Positions 39,860 to 52,436 of a DNA stretch of 64,000 nt are shown here, piece after piece. The notes below the pieces were generated by a model. That model saw only the letters and a program-made list of their open reading frames with translations. It did no database searches and was not told the origin of the DNA. The stretch's first letter is position 1. Every line of letters begins with the position of its first letter. Origin of the DNA: Octopus sinensis (lineage: Eukaryota); assembly GCF_006345805.1 (NCBI RefSeq), contig NC_043013.1:40176001-40240000 (forward strand), written 5' to 3'. The position numbers and the translations under genes were made by a program.

Positions 39860-39921
39860 CCAATCAAACAAGAAGCTTGCTAAGCAATCAGCCAATCAGC
39901 GCAGTACCGCTGTTATTCGAA
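39860..39921 (+). promoter_or_regulatory. Candidate cyclin B proximal promoter: two CCAAT boxes plus a CHR-like hexamer
   Basis: CCAAT at 39860 and 39892 (32 bp apart; second is AGCCAATCAG); TTCGAA at 39916-39921; about 220 bp upstream of the ATG. Confidence 0.6.
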
Positions 39922-40140
39922 CTTAGCACCAGGATGAGATTCATATCATAAATGCCTTGACACCGATCCGACTTATACTCGATTATCCTCATCTATTTTT
40001 ATCACTGTCTTTGCGGTCTCAGCTGAGATTCTTTATATATATATTTTTTAAATTCATTCGCTTATTATATTGGCAATATTTTTTTTTACATTGCCATACC
40101 ATCGAAGTAAATTTTGTTAAAACCTATATCTATATACACC

Positions 40141-40164
40141 ATGGCTACCACACGGTCTAACACT
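40141..40164 (+). CDS. CycB: Cyclin B exon 1 (MATTRSNT)
   Basis: Good Kozak context ACACCATGG, 8 codons, then donor GTAAGT at 40165. A short phase-0 first coding exon is typical of B cyclins. Confidence 0.8.
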
Positions 40165-40874
40165 GTAAGTAACCTCTTTAGTTCATTCATTATGTTTTTA
40201 AATATTATTTCATTCTCGAAATCCTCGAACAAACCCGTTAGCTAATATTAATATGTCACGTCATTCTTTTACTGTAACTTTCATTATTAAATTATACTTC
40301 TGTAACTGGTTCAATATCGATTATATTGACTATAATTTCTAATTTCTATGTCGTAATTGTTTTAGATATTATTTCCTTTCCTAACAAATGTAGTTGTATT
40401 TGCAGATAATTAAAAAAAAAAAAAAAAGCGCTGAACGTTTATATAATTTGTATGTAATACAAAGATGTAAATGTAATTAATATGGGCCATATTGGTGTTT
40501 GCCCAGTCTTGTTTGGGTTTTTAGCATGGAATTTATATTCGTGTACGAACAAGTTTTGGTAACGGAGTGGGGGGAAAGAACCGTTGTCACACTTGCAATT
40601 CTTAATAACAGGTGTAATAAATTTAATCAAAGGTTGTCTGCAATTGATGTAGTAAAATGATGTGAACGGTCAAATTTCTGTTATTAATTTTTTGTAAATT
40701 AGAGACGAGTTCGAACATTTAGTGGTCTCTTTCAGACCATTCGAATTATCTGCAATTACCTTTTATAAAAACCATTGCATGAAAAAAAAAAGGTTAATTC
40801 TGTAATATTTTTTTTATATATAATCTCTTCTTTCGTGAATGCCACTTTCATTATATCTGTAAACTGTTAATAAA

Positions 40875-40905
<31 letters not shown>

Positions 40906-43900
40906 TTTTTTACAACAAAAAATTACAAATCCTTGGTCATCAGAATTCGATTCAGTTTCGAATACGCTAACATCTATTTCATTAACAGGAAAAGTAAATT
41001 TTGCAAGTAGTACCCACTTTTTCATTTGAACAATTGAACAGTTTAGATTTGAAAATCCAAATGGTGAAAAATTATTTCGAAATTAGACCCGGAAAATATT
41101 TATCCATCCATTACCCACCCTACCAAAAAAAAAAAAGTTCATAAATGCGAAATAAATGTTTCCACTGTTTTAAATTCATTTGTTTTTTGTGTGCCAAATG
41201 GAAAAAGTTTGAAAAAAAAAAAAAAATGGGGATTTGTGATAGTGAGCAGGGCGGAGGACATTCCAGAATCGGGGTTTTTTTTGGGGTTTTTTTTTCTCCA
41301 TAAAAAGAACCCACTCCCCTTCATTTTGAAGTGGTGTGAAAAAAATTGAAAAACGACTGTTAAAACTGAAAAAATCCAACTTAAGTTCATGAACTCCTTC
41401 TGAGTTTCTTATACTGAATTCGATACGAAGTTTTACATTTTAAATACATTTTTTTTCTCTTCGCAGATGCGACTACGAACCTCGAATCGTGAAAACACCG
41501 CCATCTCGAAATCAAATATAGATGCCAACCCAGTGTCTAGATCTGCCCTCAACGAAATTGGTAACAAGGTTTCATGTATAACCCTTGAGAATATTAAACG
41601 AAAAGAAATAACTAAGAAAGGATCCCTTCGACAGAGAGCAGCCGTGCCGAAAACGACAATAGTCAAACAGGTGAGAGTTGAGTTTTTGTATGAAATTTAA
41701 GTAAATCACTTTTTAGTTACTAAACAAAAGATTGGTATTTTACTTGATGTGGTGGATGTTAAGTATTCTTATTTAATGAAAATGGGGTGAACTTGAATGC
41801 AGGAACGTTTATTGGGGACATTCAGAAATTTTTTGCTCAATAATACAACTTGTGAATATAGGGGTTGAAATAGCAACTAATGGATTGCTTGGATGGTGGT
41901 GGTGACGGCCACAAGAGAAAAGTTCAGAATGCTTGTTTTTTAAATTTCTAATTATCAAAATTAGTAATTGTCCAAACATTTTGAAGTTGTAGAACCACTA
42001 GTCCGTTATAAACAAAGTATTGATGTGGTAGCTTGACCTGCTAGAAATAACCAACCCACTACACTCTTTGAGTGGTTGGTGTTAGGAAGGGCATTCAGCA
42101 GTAGAAATTGAGTCAAATCAGACTGGTGCTTGGTACAGCTCTCTGGCTTACAAGACCCAGTTAAACTCTCTAACCCATGCCAGCAATGAAAACGGACACT
42201 AAATGTGAAATACTTCCCAAATTACACCTTGCCTTAAATAAGAGAACACTTTAGATCTGGCATTGGCAACCTTTTTCAAGAATAAGATAGACTACAATAC
42301 TCAATTTCAAGGTAATTTTTTTTTTTCATTGGCGTACCATTCAGAAAGTCCTGCAGGCAGCAATTTGTCCTTGACTGCTTTAGATCCTGCCTCTGATAAA
42401 ATGACTAGTGGTCACATCTGAAATACCCTCAAAAGGTATTCAGAATTAGAAGTTAATTATGTTGTTCATGAAATCCTTCACCTAAATTGTATGTAAGCCA
42501 TGACTACAAGGTCAACCGTTATCTTTATAGAAACCCATTTGACATGGAGGGGGACTAAAAATGTTCCATTAAAACCAGCAAGTCTGTACTTGTTAGTTCT
42601 GTCAAGTGTTTAGCTTCTCAGAATTGAGACCCTACTACCATTGTTAACTTTGCGCAGGACGTATGTACCAGTCAACTATACTGCTCTTTTGCCTTCTGGG
42701 GTCTTGTGTTGAAATTTATTACTAAAATAAATTAGTAATATCTTTAACCATTTCATTACCATATTTCTGTTGAAACATACCAACTTTGTTTCAAACAATT
42801 TTAAAAACAATGTAAAATTTACTTGGCACTCTGGGCAAATTGCTTAGCGGCATTTCGGCCATTTTAGTGTTCTGAGTTCAAATTCCACCAGTGTTGACTT
42901 TGCCTTTCATCCTTTCAGGATCAATACATTACCAGTTGAGTGCTGGGGTCAATGTAATTGACTTAATACCCTCCCCAAAAATTTCAGGCCTTGTGCATAT
43001 AATAGAAAGGATTGTTAAACTGGTGTTTGAAACCGAAATTAACCTGACATGTGGAAAGATTTTAAATCATAGAACTAGGCTGGGTGGTATCAAAAAGGCT
43101 AAGGGAGCTGCAAGATGTTTTCCAAAACTTTACTGTAATTGTTACTGGAGTAACAAAACTAATATGGACCACTTGTTCTTTGAAAGCAGGCACATGTTTC
43201 TAGCTGCAAATTAAAATTTAAGGACCATGCTTTTTGTGTTTGAAAGTTTTAAAATTGACATTCCTGTAAATTATTTGCTTGAGGAAAAAGAGTTGTACCT
43301 GTAATCTTTGCAAGCTTCCTAACATAGTTAAGATTGAACAAATTGCAGGATTCTTAAGGCTTTGTTGAAATGCTTGAGATTACTGCTAGCCCATAAAAAC
43401 TGAAGCCACCTTGGGTGCAAGTTGGGGTGTTGAAACTTTGGTATGTTACGCTAGCCCAAAAACTTTTGTGATACATTTAAACATTTTTCTATCTCTTTAC
43501 AGGAACTAACTCAACCCCAGCCTCCTCCAAAAACTGAAAATGAATCGAAATCACAGTCGAGTCCAATGGAAGTATGTGAAACTGAGCCTCGAATTGATAT
43601 GGCTAATGTTGTTGACATTGATGTTGACGATCATGAAAATCCTCAACTCGTTTCAGAATATGTTAATGACATCTACAATTACTTGCGTGAACTTGAGGTG
43701 TGTTTATCTATTCTCTTTATTGTCTCATTCACTTTAACCTGCTGCTGTAGGTTTATCTCCAGAGATTTGTCTGGTAATGGCTTCAGCTATGTCTAAATTT
43801 ATATCACTAAACATTTTTGATACTGAACTACTGACAAGTCATAAATCAGTTTGCCTCACTGGCAAAGCAAAATAAAACAGTTCTGCTCTTATAAATGTAT

Positions 43901-46900
43901 ATGATATGGTCAGCTTTGCCAAGCTGTAAAATAATGCTTACCATTGTTTTTAGTGCTCTCCATTATGTAAACTGATGTTTTTGATAACTTGAGCTGAGCC
44001 CAGGAAGTATATGGCTTGTGCTAAATATTTCCACAAAATCACATGAATGTATAATCGTTTTCTTTGTAACCTCTTATGGTCTTACTTTGGACTAATTTTT
44101 ACATGGTTGTAAACAATTGCCTTGCTGACTGTATCATTTTACTTGCAGTTCACTGCAAAAGCATCTTGACATGTCACTTGTTTCTAGTCCTCTGCATAAA
44201 TATATCAGAACTATTTGTTCTATAAGCTACAAAATTAATAACCTTACTTGAAAGCCAGTTCAGCGTTGGTGACAGTCATCTGACCATAAAGTACACTTGT
44301 CTGACCTATGCAAATATGAAAATGTAGGCATTGAAATGATGATTGTCTAAGAGTAGTATCAATTTGAACGTTTGCTCCTATACTACAGCTATCTCTTCAG
44401 ATTTACTTGTCTGACTTGCATGCTTTCTATGAGCTTTCAATGTAAAACCACACTGATCATTTTGAGGTGAACAATTAGTTGCTTATGCTCATTTCTCTAA
44501 CAATTTTACGAGTTTGCCATTCTCCTTAATGCAAGTGAGGTACTCTTTCCACAAATAATAAAGGCTACTCTCTTCCAGTTGTAGCCATTAATATTTTAAC
44601 TGGCTTCAAATGCATCCATTTTTAGCTGGGGTGCAGAAGGTACCATAACAATTATGTAAATATTAACTAGAAAACCATATTTAGTTGGTGGGGAAGATAG
44701 TAACCATTGTGATGGCTGAAATAGGGTCATACGTAATCCTTTCATTATAGCATTTTCTCAGGCTAAAATAGATTCTCTTATTGATATATTCAGATTTTCT
44801 GCTAATATTTGATTTTATAAACTTTTTTTCAGAAAACCTATACAGTTAGAAGAAATTACCTTCAAGGTCAGGAAATAACTGGTAAAATGAGGGCCATTCT
44901 TATAGATTGGCTCTGTCAGGTTCATCACCGCTTTCGACTTTTACAAGAGACGCTTTACTTAACAGTATCTGTATTGGATCGATTTTTGCAGGTAACTTTT
45001 ATGTTTATCCTCTGAATTATGACTTGAGTGATGCTAGATTCTATCCCTACTCTGGCTACCAAACTGAGTGTCTCAATGTAGCTTTTCTGAAACACCACAT
45101 TCAAAGTCACACAGGCATACAAAATGCACCCCAATTTCATTAAAGTGTGGGGTGCCCAGTGATTGTTAGTTTGTTTGGGGTGTGGGTAGAGGCAAAGTTC
45201 ATCTTATTTGACATTAAATATGGTATATACGTTATTTTGTAAAAGGATGATGATGAAAATTATCAATGGAGGGAAAGGACAAAACAGGCCACCTGGTTTC
45301 ATATCTACTTATCTGTAAGGGATCGTTAGAGTTCACCATATTGCTAGCTTTCAGACAGGTTTTGTAACAATCTAATGAAGAACCAATCACAGCTGCACTT
45401 TGCATGCAGGATGTTAGTTGTAGGCAAATAAAAGTTGGAATGGTTTAACAGTGGAGGCCTGGACCAATGTATAATTACAGTCCTGGAAGTTGGTATGTGC
45501 ACGTCTTTAGATTCTTGTAACCTTTCTCATTTGTACATCAACAATAAAAGCTTCCAATTATTCTTTTGGTCTCTCTCTATTCCAAATACATGAGCTTGCC
45601 TCCAACAGCTCTGATCATCTCTTTCTACATCAGATTTCTTTTCTTTGCCCTTACCATTTGATGGTGCTGAAACAGTCTTTACTTCTCTACAATGCCTTTG
45701 TCCCCTTCATGTATCTTTAACATACTCCAGAAACACCCTTGATCTATTTATTTCTTACCTCCAAATTCAGGCTGTGTACACCAGTATTGTATCTGCACCT
45801 ATATTGTCTGACCACTTCATTATCTACCCACCAGGCATCTGCATAATTTACTCCTATACTTCATGGCACTTCAAATCCTCTCTTAAACTAGAGCTCTAGT
45901 TTTATACTAATTTCCCTAATAGTGCACCATGCTTCATTAACTAAGGAGATTGGAGTCACTTGCTTAGGCATGTCCTTGAAGTAGTGTCTGGGTTGCAACG
46001 GTGCTGGCAAAGAACATGATCTACAACACTTTCAAAAATTCTCTCACCACACCACAACTCTTGCAAGACAATTTGAAATGCATCAGTCTTCAAAAATGCA
46101 GCCATCTTTACAATCCTTAGTCAACAGAATCAATGCCATCTTTGTGATATCCCCTTGCTTCCTATGGGAGAGGGCTTCTATATTTCTTGTCAGTTTTGTA
46201 GCCAATGTCACACTAAAAAAAAAATTTCTGCATTCTTCCTTTCTCCACTCCACATATTCTACATATGAAAGCCTCATTTCAAACCCAAATTGATGCATGC
46301 CATCATTAACAATGTCCCCCACCCCACTGTCCACAGGCAATGCAGTCAAACCTCATACTCTTCTGTCAATCACCCTTGCTCTCATCTCTGTAGTGTTTCA
46401 TTACTAAGGACAATCATTCTGATCATGTAATTGACCTTTTACTTCCAACATATCAGAAGTGATGGTGACAGTTATCTGCAAGCACCTACTGCAACACCTT
46501 TGGTCTCTCTCATTCTCTCTCCCTCCCTCTCTTTCTCTCTCTCTCTGCTGGAGATCTGTTAGCCCTTGTTGCTCACCAGAAAATCCATTCCTCTTCAGAG
46601 ATTTAAAAACAATGTAGCTAGAGTGAAGCATTTGATCATGTTTAGCTAAACTGTCTGACTGCCCTTCACCTATTGGACAGCAACATGTGCCAAGGGAATT
46701 CTCTGTCCCCAACTACTCATAAATAAATGGCTATAAAACAATAGAAGGTAAAGAATATTTCATGTACAGTAAAAAGGCTGTCAAGATCGTTTATAATAAA
46801 TTATAATCGTTTTCTGAATCACACTTGTGGGAGTAATCACCAATTCACAAGAGCTTGTAGACTTTAAAAACCAAGTTGTTTGCTTAGTTCTAAATAAATA

Positions 46901-49900
46901 GAGTAAACTCATTCGTCTGTGTGTGTAAAATGTATCTTGAGTGCAAGAGATGGAACTGTTAGAACATAAGGGTTCGAAGCAAGTTGTAATGATGACACTT
47001 TGCAGCTATAATTACAGTAAATTTTTATAATTTCTCTTTAAAAAAAATAGTCATGTTCCTCTTAATTGCAGATTAATCCAGTTATTCGCAGCAAGCTACA
47101 GCTGGTTGGTGTTACATCAATGCTGATAGCGTCAAAGTATGAAGAAATGTATGCTCCAGAAGTGTCTGATTTTGTCTACATCACAGACAATGCATATACA
47201 CGAGCAGATATTCGACAAATGGAGATGCTTATCTTGAAGACATTAGACTTTAAACTTGGCAAGCCATTGTGCTTGCATTTTCTGAGAAGAAATTCCAAAG
47301 CAGGACAGGTACGGACTTTTCTGTCTTTGCACTTCCGCTTATCTGTAGTTGAGATTTGAAATATAATTTTACTTTATGCATTTATAAACAATTGTTTTAT
47401 TAGCTTCCAATGGCACAAGTTATAAGGAGCCTGTGCATCCTGGACCAAATGGATACTTACTCAACCACTACTTTTCCGAAATTTTACTTAAGCATTGGTC
47501 AGCCTAAAGCTGTGACAAACACTTGGCTATGATGCTGTGCACTGTGTGAGGACCTAGGACTGGTTGCAAGGTGGACTTAGCACACAACTGTGCTTGAATA
47601 ACTTGTATCTTGGTGTTTTTGATACCAACCTGCCTATCTTATCCTTTTGATACAATCGTCATTATTTTAAACCATACCATGCTGGTATGGTTTAAATGGT
47701 TTGACTAGAACTGGGGAGCTGCATTCGGGTCTAGTCAGTTTGGCACTTATTTACTCAGCTGTCCTCATTTATATGCATACAAGCTTACTTCAGAGTGATG
47801 TAAATTTTTTAAAATCTTCCATTAAATTTCGTTATGTTCCAAACACCAGCTTAGTGAGTTATTTTAGTTAAATTCTTAATTTTCAAAATTGAAATGAAGG
47901 CCATGTAAGTATGTTAACAGAAAGGTTAAGGAGTGGGGTGGATTTTGTGCATTTTTTGTTTGGGAGAATTGGTTGGATTTTCATTGACCTCTCACCAAAT
48001 GATTTCACTGCATTGTAATATTCTTTGTTCCATAAAGTTTTGTTAGTATTTAGTCAAAAGTCATTCCTATCTCAGCAGGAGTATCTTGGAATTTTTTACT
48101 TTTTTTTTTTAAGACAGTAGGTTGTGCTTTGAGGAGGATTTAGTTACTATTTCTAGCAACTCCAGTGAATACATAGCTGTTTTAATGTGGGTTTTATAGC
48201 ATAATCTCCTTAACTCTTTGACATTCAAACTGGCCATATCCAGCCCAAATATTCTCCCAGTTTTGTGTTAAAACTGACCAGATCCAGCCTCTCACACCTA
48301 TCCTACAATATCATTTTAAAAATAAGCAATCGCATGAAAAACAAGATAATGTGTGATTAATTCAAATCAATGTGAGTAAATAGGCATTACATTTGAGAGT
48401 AATATAAATGCTAAATAGTATGCTGCAGTTGAACTTGTTCACATGAAGGAAAATTTTGTCAAGTAGTTAGGTTTCTTAACTTTTTAAGGTTTGTATTTAT
48501 GACCACTTGGTCTCAAATGTACAACTTCACACCTGTTCTTTTTTTTCTCCCCTTGATGGGTTTCCTTTAATTTATTTAATGAAATATTGGATATTCTCTT
48601 CGTTGCAGGTTGATGCAAACACACACACATTGGCCAAATATCTGATGGAGTTGACAATTGTAGAATACGATATGGTGAACATTCACCCTTCACTCTTGGC
48701 TGCTGCTGCATTATGTCTTTCATTACATCTCATCTCTAACACAGAATGGGTAGGATTTCATTCTTACGTTTATTAATGTCTTGGCATCTCGTTAAAATGT
48801 TACTTGACTTGTGTCATTTAGGTCAAACATTACAAGGAAGAAAAAATTGTTGAAAATTGATTTAATCTGAAATATGCTTAGACCTGTCTAGCACATTAGA
48901 TTTCTCAGGCTAATCTTTTCAAGTAAATAAAAATGATTGCCACATTTTCTGGTCTGAGAGTGTAGAACTTTCAGGTTGCTGCCTTATGGGATTTTGTCCT
49001 TGAATGTCTTGAATAGTTTTTAAACTTGTCTGCTCTGCTTAAAATTTGCAGTTTTTTTTATTGCTAGCTTGTTATACAATGCCTCTTTTATAATGGTAAC
49101 AGATTTAGGTGATGAGTTTGATTCACTTGTGGACCCTTTTTTAATGGAGGCTTCCATACCACCCGCTGAGCTAATGCAACTAAATGCTAGCAGTGGAGTA
49201 CAGATTTTAGTGAGATATATATTTGTGTGTTCTTTTTGTGAGTATCATCACCTTACATCCATTTCCAATCATCCATGAAAAATGCCTGAAGATTTGCAAA
49301 GGGCATCTGTCTGTAGAGAAAAATCTGCCTCAAATTCTGTCTGACTTATGGCATGGTTAAACGTTGATTGTCATGTTATGACACTAAACAAGCAAAAAGG
49401 GCTAGTTCTAAAATCCAAGGGATGAATGCAGTACATCCTATGTTTTGCACATGTGGAGATGAGGAGGGTGCTTGTGAGCTACTTTAACTCAATGTGGCTG
49501 AATTCCTGATATAACTGGTATTGGGCAAAATCTGGCTAAACTGATATTAAGGCCACCAACTAGAACAAATTGGATTTCTCAGCATAGGATTAGGCTGTTG
49601 CAAAGGTCTCTTCATTGAGGATTTAAATCTTTCTTTTATCACCATAGAGCTCACTGCAGCTTAGACTAAGTTATAGAGAATTTTGATTGAGTGTCGAAGG
49701 CATGACATGCAATCAGTTGAAGGCAGCTTTTGGTGTTTCTCATGACAGTATAATTTTCAATCGGCTGGCAATTTTGATGATTCACTATTGGTTTTAGATT
49801 GACAGATTATCAATTCCAGATAGTATTCAAAATTTTTTAATGTTTCCAGTCTTTTTCGTTTTTTTTTTTTTCTTTTAGTTCTGAGAGTAGTTGAGCTCAG

Positions 49901-51768
49901 ATGCGGGTACGAGTTATCTCCCTGCATTCAGTTGATAGTTAAATTTTTTTTTTTTTCTTGTGAAAAAACTAGTTTACTCTGCTCGTTATTTTACCACATT
50001 TCGTTGTAATATGAATTGCATTACGGTAGATTTTTGCTTTTTCCCTTAAATGAAAAAGATCAGTTTCTGAAAATTGAAAAAGTGTATTTGACTAAGCTCT
50101 TAAATGCTTACTGTCTTTCGAACATAATGTTTGGAAAATGTATGGTGCATGCAAATTTTACATATTCCCAGCTACTTTCATCCCTTTTTTTTTTTTTTAT
50201 TCCAGAACGATACCCTAGCTTACTACAGCACGTACACGAAATCTGAGCTTGCTGATATAATACGCAAACTTGCAAAACTAGTCTTGAAAGCAGAAACCAG
50301 TAAACTAACTGTAAGAATTGTTAATGGTTTTTATCTTTTTTATTCTTGATAGAATCTGCAGGAAACCCAATGTGTGTGTGTATGCATGCAAGATGTGAAT
50401 ATTCCATCTTTGTCACTTGTTGACAATGCCAGTTGCTTTGTACTTTCTTTACAGAAAATTGGTATGGGTTAACAATAGGAACATCCAGCTTTAACCTTTT
50501 AGCATCAAGATTACTGTCAATTGTAATGCTTATTTAGTCAGTGTTTTGAATTAATCATATATTACCTTATGGCTTTCGGATTTCAATGATGTGACTATTT
50601 ATATATGCAAACAGTCATGGTGCACAGCAGTGAAACATGGGCTGTGACTGCTGAGGACATGCGTAGACTTAAAAGAAATGAAGTTAGTATGCTTCACTGG
50701 ATGTACAATGACAGTGTGTCATGAGCGAGACGAGCATAAGAGGCATCAGGTGTGGTGTGCAAGAGACTGCACTGGTATGGTCACGTGATGCATATGGATG
50801 AAGACAGCTGTGTAAAGAAGTGCCATTCTAATTGAGGAAACCTGTGGAAGAGGAAGATGTGGGACAAGGTGGTGAAGCATGATCTAACATTGGGCCTCAT
50901 TGATGTGATAAGTGAACAAGACATTTGGCAATTTGCGATGCTTGAGAAGACTTGTCAAGCCAAGTGAAATCGTAATTGTGGCTGATGCCAGTGTCACGTG
51001 ACAGATGCATAAAAAGCCCCCATTGACGGGCATCCAGTCATAGAAACCATGCCAAATCACTGGAACTTGGTGCAGCTCTCTGGCTTACCAGTTCTAGTCA
51101 AACCATCTAACCCATAACAGTATGGAAAGCAGATGCTAAATGATGAAGAATGTAAGGTAGATATGGGGCTGGTTTGAACATGGATAATGCCAATTTAAAT
51201 GCTAAACGGTTATAGTTCTACCTTAAGTAATTCCCCTGTCTGAACCTATGCTAGCATGGAAAACAAAAAGGATATTAGCATGTTAACTGTTACCTGTACC
51301 ACTGGTGGTTCATCATAGACTTCACACAACTATCCTACTATCCTGTGCACCATTGGTGGTATATTTTCATAGTTTGAGAAAATATTTTTTGTCTCTTTGG
51401 CATGGTTTCAGGGATATTTCAATAACGTGACTAATTGTCAGTTTAATTATGAAATATGCAAAACTTACATTCTCTTGTAATTAAAGAGTTTGCAGTGTCA
51501 GTGGTAACAGGCCATGGTGGTTAATGAAATGATATGTGTTCTTAGATACATACAATTTGTTTTTTTCAAGCTATTTTGTGTTTTTATTGGATAAATTACT
51601 GAAGATGATTAATGAGTAATTGACAAAATTTGAAGTTATAGTATATCAATTTCTAAAATCTTCTTTTTCTAGGCTATCCGAACAAAATACCAAGGCTCCA
51701 AATTCTTTAAGATCAGTACCATTCCAGAATTAAAAGGTGATGCCATCAGAAAAGTTGCTGAAAACTGA
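40141..51768 (+). CDS. CycB: G2/mitotic-specific cyclin B (ortholog of vertebrate CCNB1/CCNB2), 8 coding exons, 1161 nt, 386 aa
   Basis: Exons 40141-40164, 41467-41670, 43503-43697, 44833-44991, 47072-47308, 48609-48749, 50206-50310 and 51673-51768 join in frame with GT-AG introns, all phase 0. The product has a D-box RSALNEIGN (41539-41565), the cyclin box [58 protein letters not shown], and TGA at 51766-51768. Confidence 0.96.
41467..41670 (+). CDS. CycB: Cyclin B exon 2 (destruction box)
   Basis: Polypyrimidine tract plus CAG acceptor; [12 protein letters not shown]; donor CAG/GTGAGA. Confidence 0.92.
43503..43697 (+). CDS. CycB: Cyclin B exon 3
   Basis: Encodes SPMEV...[28 protein letters not shown], with AG and GT boundaries in frame. 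Confidence 0.95.
44833..44991 (+). CDS. CycB: Cyclin B exon 4 (MRAIL cyclin box)
   Basis: [53 protein letters not shown], 159 nt. Missed by the ORF track. Confidence 0.97.
47072..47308 (+). CDS. CycB: Cyclin B exon 5
   Basis: [42 protein letters not shown]...[10 protein letters not shown], 237 nt. Confidence 0.97.
48609..48749 (+). CDS. CycB: Cyclin B exon 6
   Basis: [47 protein letters not shown], 141 nt. Confidence 0.96.
50206..50310 (+). CDS. CycB: Cyclin B exon 7
   Basis: [35 protein letters not shown]; poly-T acceptor and GTAAGA donor. Confidence 0.94.
50608..51150 (+). mobile_element. RTE LINE 3' remnant in cyclin B intron 7
   Basis: [18 protein letters not shown] (YGSETW-like), plus a tail also seen at 42050-42210. 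Confidence 0.6.
51673..51768 (+). CDS. CycB: Cyclin B exon 8 (terminal)
   Basis: [31 protein letters not shown]-stop, resembling the AVxxKYxxSKF C-terminus of B cyclins. Confidence 0.93.
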   Translation, partial: AIRTKYQGSKFFKISTIPELKGDAIRKVAEN

Positions 51769-52324
51769 TGTCACTATTTTTGACTCTTAAACATGACATA
51801 TTTGACTGAATTTACAGTCAATACTGATTTACATTTTTATACATTATAAAAGAAAAGGTCTGTTTCCATTTGAGGAGTCTTTGTAATGTAATCCTCAAAG
51901 TGCAAATAGGTTAGCAGGAGTCCCTAGTCCTGCATTGTGAATGTGATGATATTGAGGTACCTGTGCAGGTGTGTAGTTGTTGCCTATGTTTAAGAAGTAT
52001 TTGAGGATGTTTTTCTCCCTATGTGAGATAACTGATGTTTTGGTGGAAGTTTTGTTAAAATGAAAATTAACGTTGCAACTAAATGTCTAATTCTCTGGAA
52101 AAATTGTATGGCTGCAGGGATTTTCAGAGAACTTTTGAGGAGTTTTCGTCTGTTGCTCCCTTATTTTTTTTTAAATATATATTTATAATCTAGCTTTAAG
52201 TTACTAGAAAGCATTGAATTTACTGCAGCTGCATATAGATGCGTATAGCAAGTGAACGAATGTGAACAGCTGTAACAGGTAATTGTAAGATTGAGTGCAC
52301 TACCTGCTGTTAATTTAATTTCAG

Positions 52325-52436
52325 TGTAAATATAATAAACTGTATATATGTCACTATGCTTAAATGATTTTATCTACTGTGCTAAGTACACAAATATAAT
52401 TTTGTAATGAACTAAACACATTTATTGTTGATTAAA
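52325..52436 (+). promoter_or_regulatory. Cyclin B 3' UTR translational-control and polyadenylation cluster
   Basis: TGTAAATA 52325-52332, AATAAA 52334-52339, TGTATATA 52341-52348, TTTTAT 52368-52373, ATTAAA 52431-52436. Confidence 0.6.

Noticed and set aside
41467-41469. ATG at the start of exon 2 as the cyclin B initiator
   Set aside because: It directly follows a strong acceptor AG, and an in-frame upstream exon with Kozak context and GTAAGT donor exists at 40141. It could still serve as a secondary start.
45950-46720. Possible RTE endonuclease remnant on the minus strand of intron 4
   Set aside because: Motif resemblance is too weak to support without an alignment.
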